From: Rhizobium sp. Q54
Lineage (GTDB): Bacteria; Pseudomonadota; Alphaproteobacteria; Azospirillales; Azospirillaceae
NCBI GenBank assembly: GCA_943369495.1
Contig: CALRNG020000001.1
Coordinates: 200-64,199 of the forward strand
DNA: 64,000 nt
Reading direction: 5' to 3'
Shown here: in pieces, positions 46,718 to 55,512 of the stretch
Layout: every line of letters begins with the position of its first letter
How positions within the stretch are numbered: position 1 is the stretch's first letter
Program-made: the position numbers and the translations under genes
The notes under the pieces: generated by a model
The model's input: only the letters and a program-made list of their open reading frames with translations
Told to the model about the DNA's origin: nothing
Database searches by the model: none

Positions 46718-47649
46718 CCGATGCCGCTTCCCCGGATATGGCTGCCCTTGCCCGGCAGGCGGCCTTCCTGCTGCTCCAGGGTCAGGCCGCTCAGGCAGCC
46801 GGGCTGTGCGAGCGCATACGGGACATTGATCCCAATCTGGAGCGGTTCGGCGCCTTTATCGATCTGCTGACCTGGGCTCGACCGCGCGAGCGGCTCTATC
46901 CTCTCATTCGTGATCTGGTGGATGCGGGTTTCGCCAATCCCCGCAGTTTCGATCTGCTGGCCGCCGCCGCCATCTGGGCCGGCGACAGCAAGGCCGCCCG
47001 GGTCCTGACCGATCCCGACCGTTTCCTGTCCATCCTCCCCCTGCACGGGCCCGATGATCCCGATCTGGCGCTGCTGACCCGTGAACTGGGCAGCGGGCTG
47101 GACCATTACGACCGGCCCGGCGACCGGTCCATACGCATGGGATGGCGGCGTAACCATCTGGAGACGGCGGACAGTCCTGTGCTGCGCCGTATGTTCGACC
47201 GGTTATGGCGGGCAGCATTGGATTATGTCGGGCGGCTGCCAGTCGATCCGGACAACCCGTTTCTGCGCTCCAGGCCCGCCGGCCTCAGCCTGCGGGCCTG
47301 GAGTGTGGTGTCGGGCGCCGATACCCATCATCTTTCCCATCTGCATGCCACCAGCTGGGTCAACGGCGTCTATTATGTGGCTGTGCCGCCCGTGACAGGC
47401 GACGAGGTGGGCAAGCCTGGCTGGCTGCGTGTCGGGCCGGCGGCGGGCCGGGGTTTCAATGCCGGCAATGGCTGGGACGAGCGCTGGGTCCGCCCGGAGC
47501 CCGGCCTCGTCGTCCTGATGCCAAGCCATTTCAGCCATGAGACCGTGCCCCTGGGCTGTGACGGGCCGCGGATATGTGTGGCCTTTGAACTATACGCCGC
47601 ACCGGTGGAAACGGCTGATCAGCGGCTGCCGCCGGCCAGCAGTCGATAG
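46714..47649 (+). CDS. Putative 2OG-Fe(II) oxygenase with helical N-terminus
   Basis: 'HLSHLH..SWVNGVYYV', 'PEPGLVVLMPSHFSHETVP', 'RICVAF'; GTGA coupling with B1. Confidence 0.78.
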   Translation: MTDAASPDMAALARQAAFLLLQGQAAQAAGLCERIRDIDPNLERFGAFIDLLTWARPRERLYPLIRDLVDAGFANPRSFDLLAAAAIWAGDSKAARVLTDPDRFLSILPLHGPDDPDLALLTRELGSGLDHYDRPGDRSIRMGWRRNHLETADSPVLRRMFDRLWRAALDYVGRLPVDPDNPFLRSRPAGLSLRAWSVVSGADTHHLSHLHATSWVNGVYYVAVPPVTGDEVGKPGWLRVGPAAGRGFNAGNGWDERWVRPEPGLVVLMPSHFSHETVPLGCDGPRICVAFELYAAPVETADQRLPPASSR

Positions 47650-48170
47650 ACCGAAGCCCGCCCGATGCCCAGATATCGGGCGATGGCGGCCCCCCCCATG
47701 CCCTCGGCCTTCAGCCGCCGCACGGCCTCGGCATCGATGCGCGGTTTGCGGCCTTTATAGACGCCTCTAGCCTTGGCGGCCTTGATCCCCTCCATCTGGC
47801 GTTCCCGGCGCAGGTTCGTCTCGAACTCCGCAAAGACGCCCAGCATGTCGAGGAAGGCCTTGCCGGCGGCGGTGCTGGTATCGATGGGCTGTTCGGTGGC
47901 GCGCAGGTCCACACCCTTGGCCCGCAGCTCCGCCACGATATCCTGAAGGTCCTTGATGGACCGCGCCAGCCGGTCGATGCGGGTGACCAGCAACGTGTCG
48001 CCCGGGCGCAGGAATTCCAGCAGCAGGGCCAGCTCCGTGCGGCCCTTGCGGCTGGACCCGCTGGCCTTCTCGGCACGCACGACCGCACAGCCGGCCCGGG
48101 TCAGCGTCTCCACCTGGATTGTCACATCCTGGTCGGTGGTGGAGGCGCGGGCATATCCGTACAAAGCCAT
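47619..48170 (-). CDS. Serine resolvase/invertase
   Basis: 'YGYARAST', 'EKASG', 'TRIDRLARS', C-terminal HTH 'IARYLGIGRASVYR'. Confidence 0.95.
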   Translation of the reverse strand: MALYGYARASTTDQDVTIQVETLTRAGCAVVRAEKASGSSRKGRTELALLLEFLRPGDTLLVTRIDRLARSIKDLQDIVAELRAKGVDLRATEQPIDTSTAAGKAFLDMLGVFAEFETNLRRERQMEGIKAAKARGVYKGRKPRIDAEAVRRLKAEGMGGAAIARYLGIGRASVYRLLAGGSR

Positions 48171-48290
48171 GATTTGTCCCGTTAGGGTCTAGACCAGGGC
48201 AGGATAGCGTCTCGGAAGTCGCAAATATACCCTTTTGAGACGGTGGGCGCCGTCTCATGTGATTGTCTTGTCAGGGTATACCCAAATAAA
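48171..48290. promoter_or_regulatory. Putative res (multimer-resolution) site/resolvase promoter
   Basis: Upstream of the resolvase with short inverted motifs (CGTCTC/GAGACG, GGGTATACCC); role inferred from position. Confidence 0.45.
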
Positions 48291-48304
48291 GCAGAGCCGA
48301 CATG

Positions 48305-48345
48305 AAAAAGCCGGCCAGGATGCGACGGCATGCCGGGCCGGCTTT
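48305..48345 (-). terminator. Intrinsic terminator of the 48363-49439 gene
   Basis: AAAAAGCCGGCC...GGCCGGCTTT stem with U-tract on the minus strand. Confidence 0.6.
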
Positions 48346-48362
48346 GACGATGAAAGCGGGGA

Positions 48363-49439
48363 TCAGCGCGGAGAGGTGTTTACCGGCGGCTCTTCAGTGA
48401 TCACCGGGGGAGGGGTGACCGGGTTTTGCACCGTCTGGGTCGGCTGCTGCTGGGTGACGGCCTGCTGCGGGGTTTCGGCCTGCTGGGTCGTGGTCGTCGA
48501 TCGGGCCAGGATGGCGTTGACCTGGGCCGCGTTGGTGGTGTTGGACTGCGACAGGCTCGCATTTGTGCTGGCCTGGTTCAGGGACTGGGTCACGGTCTGG
48601 GTTGCCTGTGGGACGGCGGTCGTCACCGCCTGGCTGGTCACCGCCGTATAGGCGTTCGACATGACCGAGATGGCCGCCTGAGGCGAGGACTGATAAACGA
48701 CGGGGTTGGAGACAACCTGAACCACCGTGGTGGAAATGCTGGCCACCCCTTCAGGCGCGGCCTGCTGGGCCGCCGGCTGCACGATGATGCGGGCGGCGGC
48801 GGTCACCACCTCCACCGTCTGCTGTGGCGCGCTCTGCGATACGGGCTGTGCCGCGACCGCCTGTACCGCAGCAGACGCCAGCTGTACCGCGGCGGCCGGG
48901 TTCGTGGCCACAAGCCGTTCGGCGGTGGTCACAGCGGCGGTGGCCACCGTGGCGATGGTCGCGGAATTGCCGGTGGCCCGGGCCACTGCCAGGGTCTGGG
49001 TCGCGACGCTGGCGGCCAGGGTCGGGTTGACCTGCTGCACGGGCGGCGACACGAAGATACGGGCGGCGGTCGTCACCACGGTCTGGGTCTGCTGCGGCGC
49101 GCCGGTCTGGACCGGTGTGTTCTGCACGATCGAAACGGCGGCGGAAGCTGCCTGGATGGCGGCCTGCGGATTGACGGACAGCATCTGTTCAGCGGCGGCC
49201 ACTACCTGTGCTGCCAGAGCGCCGGCGCGCACCGCGCTGCCGCCGCTCAACGTGTTGATGGCGGTGGTGACGCTCTGGCCGTTGCCGGACTGCACGGCGG
49301 CCCGCAGGGCGGGCGGCAGGGCGGCCATGGCGTTGCTGCCCTGGGCCGCCTGTTGTGCCTGTGCCATGGCCGTCACGGTGAAAGGCGCGGCCAAAGCCGC
49401 GGCGATCACCAGTCCCGAACGCAGATGACGGATCGACAT
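48363..49439 (-). CDS. Secreted Ala/Val/Gln/Thr-rich repeat protein of unknown function
   Basis: Signal peptide 'MSIRHLRSGLVIAAALAAPFTVTAMA-QA'; internal repeats; Pro/Thr-rich tail; own terminator. Confidence 0.8.
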   Translation of the reverse strand: MSIRHLRSGLVIAAALAAPFTVTAMAQAQQAAQGSNAMAALPPALRAAVQSGNGQSVTTAINTLSGGSAVRAGALAAQVVAAAEQMLSVNPQAAIQAASAAVSIVQNTPVQTGAPQQTQTVVTTAARIFVSPPVQQVNPTLAASVATQTLAVARATGNSATIATVATAAVTTAERLVATNPAAAVQLASAAVQAVAAQPVSQSAPQQTVEVVTAAARIIVQPAAQQAAPEGVASISTTVVQVVSNPVVYQSSPQAAISVMSNAYTAVTSQAVTTAVPQATQTVTQSLNQASTNASLSQSNTTNAAQVNAILARSTTTTQQAETPQQAVTQQQPTQTVQNPVTPPPVITEEPPVNTSPR

Positions 49440-49678
49440 GGCTTTTTCTCCCCAACACGGATACCCGGCACCCCAGGCCATCTATGGCATGGACCCACGG
49501 GTAAGATCAGCGCCCTGATGCCGGGCCCGGCGCACAGCCTTGTATGACGCGAATTTTATACGACTTTAAGGGTAAAAACGGTAGCTATCAACAACATGAA
49601 GCGTGGGGTGTGCCGATGGTCCGGCGCATGGATGCTGTGACCCCCGTCTTCTTTTCCTTATCCTCAGGTTTACCGGCG

Positions 49679-50890
49679 ATGCGCCATGTCCTGATCCATG
49701 ATTTCGGTGGTTATGCTTTCATTGCCCAACTGGGCCGCTGGCTGGCGCGGCGGGACATCCGGGTGACCCATGCCTTTGCTGCGGGACTGAACGGGCCGAA
49801 TCAAGGGCTTCATCCCCAACCCGACGATCCGCCCCTGTTCTGCCCCGCCCCCATCGGCCGGCCCGACGCGCCGTTCGACCGGTATGGCCTTGTCCGTCGC
49901 CTGGGACAGGAAATGGTCTATGGCCAGGCATTGGGCCGGATGATCCGGCAGGTGCGGCCCGATATCGTGCTGGCCGCCAATACGCCGCCGCTGATCCAGG
50001 CCGCCGCCATGACCCATGCCAGGCTGGCCGGGGCCGGTTATGTCAACTGGGTGCAGGATATATTCGCGCTGGCCGCTGCCCGGCTGGGACCCGGTGGCGG
50101 GGTGGCCCGTCGGTTGCTGGGCCGGACCGTGGGCGCCGTGGAGTTCGCGACCATGCGTCAGGCCGATGCCCTGGTCCTGATCGCCCCGGCCTTTCAGGAT
50201 GTCCTGGCCGCGCATGGCGTGCGCCACGCCCATATGACGGTCATCGGCAACTGGGCCCCGATCGACCATATCCGCCCCTTGCCCCGGCGCAATGCCTGGT
50301 CGGCGGCCCAGGGGCTGGAGGACCGTTTCGTCTTCCTGTGTGCCGGCACCCTAGGGCTGAAACATGATCCCGGCATGATCCTGGATCTGGCCCGCGCCTT
50401 CGCGGACGATCCGGCGGTGGCCATCGTCGTGGTCAGCCAGGGGCCGGGGCGTGATTTCCTGGAGCAGGCCAAACGGACAGGGGACTATCCGGGCCTGAGG
50501 CTGCTGGATTACCAGCCTGCCGACCGCGTGGCCGAAATGCTGGCCAGCGCCGACGTCACCCTTGCCCTGCTGCGGGCAGAGGCGGGGGGCATGTCGGTGC
50601 CTTCAAAGGTGGCCAGCTATCTGGCGGCGGGCCGGCCGATCCTGGCGGGCCTGCCGCTGGATAATGAGGCGGCGATCCTGATCATGGACAGCGGGGCCGG
50701 TATCTGTGTCGATAGCCGTGACCGGGCCGGTTTTGTCGCCGCCGCCCGGACCCTGCGCCAGGATCAGGATCGCCGCCAGGGCCATGCCGCCGCCGCCGTG
50801 GCCGCCGCCCGTCATTTCGATATCGACCAGATCGGCGGCACCTTCCTGGACCTGCTGCAACAGGCCGTTGTCAGGCGGCGGGCCGGCTGA
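49679..50890 (+). CDS. GT4 glycosyltransferase (WcaI/WbuB-like)
   Basis: 'NWVQDIF', 'AGTLGLKH', 'SVPSKVASYLAAGRPI'. Confidence 0.88.
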   Translation: MRHVLIHDFGGYAFIAQLGRWLARRDIRVTHAFAAGLNGPNQGLHPQPDDPPLFCPAPIGRPDAPFDRYGLVRRLGQEMVYGQALGRMIRQVRPDIVLAANTPPLIQAAAMTHARLAGAGYVNWVQDIFALAAARLGPGGGVARRLLGRTVGAVEFATMRQADALVLIAPAFQDVLAAHGVRHAHMTVIGNWAPIDHIRPLPRRNAWSAAQGLEDRFVFLCAGTLGLKHDPGMILDLARAFADDPAVAIVVVSQGPGRDFLEQAKRTGDYPGLRLLDYQPADRVAEMLASADVTLALLRAEAGGMSVPSKVASYLAAGRPILAGLPLDNEAAILIMDSGAGICVDSRDRAGFVAAARTLRQDQDRRQGHAAAAVAAARHFDIDQIGGTFLDLLQQAVVRRRAG

Positions 50891-51686
50891 ACAGCAGATC
50901 GGCCTGCAGAAGGGTGCCATCGATCCCAAAGGATTGATGCGAGATACCCGCCCGCTTCAAGCCCCGCTCCATCAGACAGGCTTCCAGCTGATCGCCCAGG
51001 ACCTGGCCCTGGTAAAGCTCCACATAGCTGCATTCGACCAGCACATGGTCGATATGGTCCAGCAGCGATCCGCAACCCTCCAGCACTTCGCGCTCATGCC
51101 CCTGCACATCGATCTTCAGCAGGCAGGGCCGGGGCAGGTCGACCGGCGACAGGATCTCGTCCAGCCGGGCCAGCCGCACCATCATGCTGTCCACCAGCGG
51201 GGTCGCCGGATATTCGGCGAGCTGCCGGTCCGTGGGCTGGTGCAGCGAGGAATTATCGTCCGACAGGGACAGATGCATCAGCACCTGTCCGGACATGGCC
51301 CCCAGCGCCAGGTCATGCAGGCTCAGCCGGCTTTCCCCCACCGCCCAGGCGCGCAGCCGGCGCAGCGGTCGGGGCGTGGGTTCGAAGGCATGGACATGCG
51401 CGCCAGGGAAAAGCGACAGGGCCAGCAGCGCGAACTGTCCCCGGTTGGCCCCGACATCCACGACACTGGCCACCCGCAACGGCGCCAGCAGGGACCGGTG
51501 TTCAATGGCGGCCCCCACGCCATGGCGCAATCCCCGCCGGAAATACCGATCCGGCAGCAGCCGAACAAGCTTGCGCAACCGCCGCCATGAATGCCACAGG
51601 AACCCGGGCGGGCGGCGCGCATGCCCTGTGGCGGCATCGCCCCTGGCGGCGGGATCAGGCGGACGGGGCATCGTGGATTCTGACAT
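50871..51686 (-). CDS. FkbM family methyltransferase
   Basis: 'VDVGANRGQF', 'AFEP', 'LKIDVQGHE', 'LYQGQ'; start uncertain. Confidence 0.88.
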   Translation of the reverse strand: MSESTMPRPPDPAARGDAATGHARRPPGFLWHSWRRLRKLVRLLPDRYFRRGLRHGVGAAIEHRSLLAPLRVASVVDVGANRGQFALLALSLFPGAHVHAFEPTPRPLRRLRAWAVGESRLSLHDLALGAMSGQVLMHLSLSDDNSSLHQPTDRQLAEYPATPLVDSMMVRLARLDEILSPVDLPRPCLLKIDVQGHEREVLEGCGSLLDHIDHVLVECSYVELYQGQVLGDQLEACLMERGLKRAGISHQSFGIDGTLLQADLLFSRPAA

Positions 51687-51699
51687 GACGGGGAAGGGA

Positions 51700-52782
51700 A
51701 TGGACATCGTTTATGTCGGCGACCTGGACAAGAATGGAACATGTCTGACCCGGTTGCACGCTTTCCAGCGCCTGGGCTTTCAGGTCCGGCCCGTCGATAT
51801 CGGTCCCTTCCTGCGGGCGGGCGGGCCATTGCTGCGCCGGCTGCGCGCCCGGACCATGGCCGGTCCCGCCATCAGCCGCCTGAACAAGGCCGTGGTGGAG
51901 GCCTGTCTGGAAGGGTCGGCGCCGCGCGTCTGGTTCGACAAGCCGCTCTGGATGCAGTCATGGGCCCTGGAACGGCTGCGCCGGGCAGGCTGCCGACTGT
52001 ACAGCTTCACCCTCGACAATCCCTTTCATGTCATGAGTGAGCCCGGCTGGCACCGGTTCCGCCGCACCATCCCTCTGTTCGACGTCAATATCGTGCCGCG
52101 CGACATGAGTTTTGCCGAATACCGGGCGGTCGGGGCCGGCATGATGGCCCTGTTCCCCGTACCCTTCGATCCGTTCACGAACTATCCGGCCCGGCCCTGG
52201 CCCCCGGCCCGGCCCGTCGATGTCTCCTATGTCGGGTCCCCTTATGAGCAGCGGCCCCGTTTCCTGGCGTCCCTGGCCGGACAGGGGATCCGGTTGCGTG
52301 TGGGCGGTGAATGCTGGCACCGCCACCCGGCCGTGCGCCGGGCCGGCGTGGAGCTGACGCCCGCCCGGTATGGCGATGCCTATCGGCAGGCCATCTGGGA
52401 GGCCAAGGTCAATCTGGCTTTCCTGACCCTGACGCACCATGACCCTATTGCCCATAAATCCATGGAGATCACGGCCAGCGGCTCCTTCCTGCTGGCCGTG
52501 CGCAGCGACGGGCATCAGGCTGCTTTCGAGGAGGGGCGCGAGGCGGAGTTCTTCGCCAGCGCCGAGGAGGCGGCGGACAAGATCCGGTTCTACCTGGCCC
52601 ATGACACGGCGCGCGAGCGCGTCGCGATGGCCGGATGCCGCCGCGCCTGGCACGCCGGCTATTCCCAGGAGGAACGCATCGCCGCCGTTTTCCAGGAAAC
52701 CGACCCCGAGATCGGGCCGGAACTGGTCCGTCGCGCCGCCACCGCCATGGCGGCGAGACGGCGAGAGGTCGGGCTGGACTGA
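51700..52782 (+). CDS. Glycosyltransferase, CgeB/Glyco_trans_1_2-like
   Basis: 'DVSYVGS', 'KSMEITASGSFLL', 'FEEGREAEFF'. Confidence 0.85.
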   Translation: MDIVYVGDLDKNGTCLTRLHAFQRLGFQVRPVDIGPFLRAGGPLLRRLRARTMAGPAISRLNKAVVEACLEGSAPRVWFDKPLWMQSWALERLRRAGCRLYSFTLDNPFHVMSEPGWHRFRRTIPLFDVNIVPRDMSFAEYRAVGAGMMALFPVPFDPFTNYPARPWPPARPVDVSYVGSPYEQRPRFLASLAGQGIRLRVGGECWHRHPAVRRAGVELTPARYGDAYRQAIWEAKVNLAFLTLTHHDPIAHKSMEITASGSFLLAVRSDGHQAAFEEGREAEFFASAEEAADKIRFYLAHDTARERVAMAGCRRAWHAGYSQEERIAAVFQETDPEIGPELVRRAATAMAARRREVGLD

Positions 52783-52796
52783 TCAGCAGCCTGTAA

Positions 52797-53030
52797 CATC
52801 AGCGCCGACTCAGCGTCGGCGGCGGCTCATGCCGCCGACGCTTGAAATGCCGACTTATACCAGCGGCATGAAATCTTGACCTTTGGTCAATCTTTCCTGC
52901 CCCTCAATCGCCGGCGCCAGCATCCGCGGGCTTGGCTACGCCGCATGTGCGGCGCGGCGGCGGTCGCCGCCGTACCAACGGTCATAAATTATGACCGTTG
53001 GTATTATCGGTATTTCAAGCCGCCGATATA
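52797..53030. repeat. Nested repeat: 155-bp element (52853-53007) inserted in an inverted copy of the 36310-type element
   Basis: 52853-53007 is nearly identical to 60626-60780; the flanks match the reverse complement of 36310-36390. Confidence 0.8.
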
Positions 53031-54169
53031 AGTTTGCGCAAGGCGGTATAAAGTGTGTCACCATACCCATTCCAGCCGCCAAAAAGACGTATCCGGTCAC
53101 GCGCAGCCTGTCCCATTTCAGCCCTTAGGCCCGGATTGGCGGCCAGATGCGTCAACCGGTCGGTCAGGGCGTCGGGATCGCGGATGGGCACGATGAACCC
53201 CTCTACCCCATCGCTGAACAGGTCGGCCGCGCCTGTATTGGTGCTGGCGATGACCGGGGTGCCGCAGGCCATGGCCTCGGCCATCACCATGGCCAGCCCC
53301 TCTTCCACCGAGGGCAGCACCAGGACGGAGGCCCGCGACATTTCCCGCACCAGCTCCTCCCCCTGCAGCACGCCAAGCCGTTCCACGGCCAAGCCTGTTT
53401 CGCGGGCCAGCAGGGCGGCGGTTTCCGGCTGCTCAAGCCCGGCCAGCACCAGCCGGGCCCCCGGAATGGCGGCCCGGCGCACGGCCTGGAACAGGTAGGT
53501 CAGGCCCTTGCGGATGGCCAGCTGACCCACGAATAGGATGCGGAATTCCCGGTCCTTCGTGCCCAGGGGCCGGAAGCGGGACAGATCGCCGCCATAGGGG
53601 GCCAGGATCAGCTTTTCCGCCGGCACGCCGCGGGCGATGAAACTGTCCCGCACGAAACCCGAGGGCACCGTGATGGCGTCGGCGCTGTCATATTCGGCCA
53701 GTTCCCGGGCCTTCACGCGCGGATCAATGCCCCTCCAGACAAAGCCCTGCCGCTCATACTCCTCCCGCAGAACCTCGTCCTGATACTCGATATGGCTGGA
53801 CCCCCGGTCGCAGACATGGCGCCCGCCCCGCGCCTGTATAGCCCGCCCCGTCCGCAGCCCCATGCCCGACAGGGCGATCACGGCATCGCAGGGCGGCAGG
53901 TGGGCTGCGACATGCCGGTCGTGCAGGCCTTGCGCCCACCAGGACCAGTCATCGCCCAGATGCCGCTGGAACCAGGGAAAGCGGATCAGCCCCATATAGG
54001 GGGCCTGCAGCCAGGGCCAGGTGCGCAGCAATCCGGGATCAATGCCGCTGTCGGCCAGCTTGAACCGGGGATATCCCGTGAACAGGGCTGCCAGCGCCCC
54101 CCGTGACTGCAATTGCCGGCCCTGGTTGAGGGAGTGGAACCGCCCGATGGTGGAGACAACGACCTTCAT
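53015..54169 (-). CDS. GT4 glycosyltransferase
   Basis: 'LFVGQLAIRKG', 'PSVEEGLAMVMAEAMACG'. Confidence 0.92.
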   Translation of the reverse strand: MKVVVSTIGRFHSLNQGRQLQSRGALAALFTGYPRFKLADSGIDPGLLRTWPWLQAPYMGLIRFPWFQRHLGDDWSWWAQGLHDRHVAAHLPPCDAVIALSGMGLRTGRAIQARGGRHVCDRGSSHIEYQDEVLREEYERQGFVWRGIDPRVKARELAEYDSADAITVPSGFVRDSFIARGVPAEKLILAPYGGDLSRFRPLGTKDREFRILFVGQLAIRKGLTYLFQAVRRAAIPGARLVLAGLEQPETAALLARETGLAVERLGVLQGEELVREMSRASVLVLPSVEEGLAMVMAEAMACGTPVIASTNTGAADLFSDGVEGFIVPIRDPDALTDRLTHLAANPGLRAEMGQAARDRIRLFGGWNGYGDTLYTALRKLISAA

Positions 54170-55452
54170 GACCGGGAAACCCCGGTACAGGCCGCGATAC
54201 GGGCGGTGCGGGCGGCGGGCGTGGGCGCAAACCGCTCCAGCAGCGTGGCCGCCGCCGACAGCACGTCATCGGGCGTGATCCGCTGCATGCAGGTGCGCTG
54301 CGGACAGGAAAGACGGGTACAGCCCCGGCACCAGTCCCCGGCCCCGGAGACGATATGGCAGGTTTCCACCCCCAGCGGCAGCCAATGGTGCGGTTCCTGC
54401 CAGCCGGACGCGATGACCACCATCGGCACCCGCGTGGCGCGGGCCACATGCATGGCCCCGCTGTCCAGGGCGATGGCCAGGTCGCCCCCGGCCAACAGGG
54501 CGGCCAGATCCTGGACGCCTGTCCTGCCAGCCAGGGCGGCGGCGGGGTGGCGCATCCGGCCCCGGATATCATCAATCAGCTCTGCCCCCGCCTGCGTGCC
54601 GACAAAGACCGCTTGCAGCCCCAGCCTGTCGGCCAGCCCGTCCGCCACCTGGGCGAACCGATCCGCGAACCAGTCGGTCGGCTGTCCGCCACTGGTCTGG
54701 GCGGCCAGCACGGCGATCGGGCGATCGGGATCCACCCCTTCGCCGCGCAGCAGCCGGCGCATTTTTTCGGGTGTCGCAGCGGGGAAATAGATTTCCGGCT
54801 CACCCCCGGCGGGGGACAGGCCCATGGGGTTCAGGATATTGAGATTATTGGCCTGTATGGAGATGGTGGGATCATAATCGACGGGGCCGTCATAATCCGC
54901 CAGGGCCGCCGACAGCCCCAGGCCGATACGATGATTGGCCGGGACCATGGCGGCCATCAGGCCGTTGCGCGCCCGCCGCGCCGCCATTGTCGTCGCCAGC
55001 CAGTCAAAATCACCGCCATCATCGGCCCGCAGCCGGCGCGCGGCGCGCAGCGCGCGCAGCGGCGTCAGATGCGGGTCGGGCAGGACATGCAGATGGTCGA
55101 TATGCGGGTTGCTCGTCACCACCTGCCCCATCACTGCCGGCCCGGCCAGGGCGATGACCGCGTCCGGTCTGCCCTGGCGCAGCATCGCCAGCAGCGGGGT
55201 CACCGCCATTGCCGACCCCAGTTCCTTTTCAAAGGCCAGGACAAGGATATGGGGGCGCCGTCCTGGAATGGCGGTGGCAGGGAGCGGACGGTACCCGAAC
55301 AGACGATGAGCAAAGCCTATGGTGATCCTTCGCACGTCGGTTTGGTTCCCTGACCGCAATTGCGCCCGGATCATCGGAAGGTGCCGCAGACCTGTCAAAC
55401 GAAACCGCCTTCCCACGCTGCCGGGGGCGGTTGCCGACAAGGGGCATTTCAT
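54166..55452 (-). CDS. GT9 (heptosyltransferase-like) glycosyltransferase
   Basis: 'ELGSAMAVTP', 'LAGRT', 'ALDSGAMHVA', terminal Cys cluster 'CRGC..LSC...CM'. Confidence 0.85.
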   Translation of the reverse strand: MKCPLSATAPGSVGRRFRLTGLRHLPMIRAQLRSGNQTDVRRITIGFAHRLFGYRPLPATAIPGRRPHILVLAFEKELGSAMAVTPLLAMLRQGRPDAVIALAGPAVMGQVVTSNPHIDHLHVLPDPHLTPLRALRAARRLRADDGGDFDWLATTMAARRARNGLMAAMVPANHRIGLGLSAALADYDGPVDYDPTISIQANNLNILNPMGLSPAGGEPEIYFPAATPEKMRRLLRGEGVDPDRPIAVLAAQTSGGQPTDWFADRFAQVADGLADRLGLQAVFVGTQAGAELIDDIRGRMRHPAAALAGRTGVQDLAALLAGGDLAIALDSGAMHVARATRVPMVVIASGWQEPHHWLPLGVETCHIVSGAGDWCRGCTRLSCPQRTCMQRITPDDVLSAAATLLERFAPTPAARTARIAACTGVSRS

Positions 55453-55512
55453 TGTCTTGCCCCTTGTCTTTCACATAGGATCGGTGCCCTTGTCCCCCGC
55501 CCCTGTTCGCGC

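Noticed and set aside
47619-48290. Tn3-family transposon
   Set aside because: No transposase or 38-bp terminal inverted repeats seen; more likely a stand-alone resolution system.
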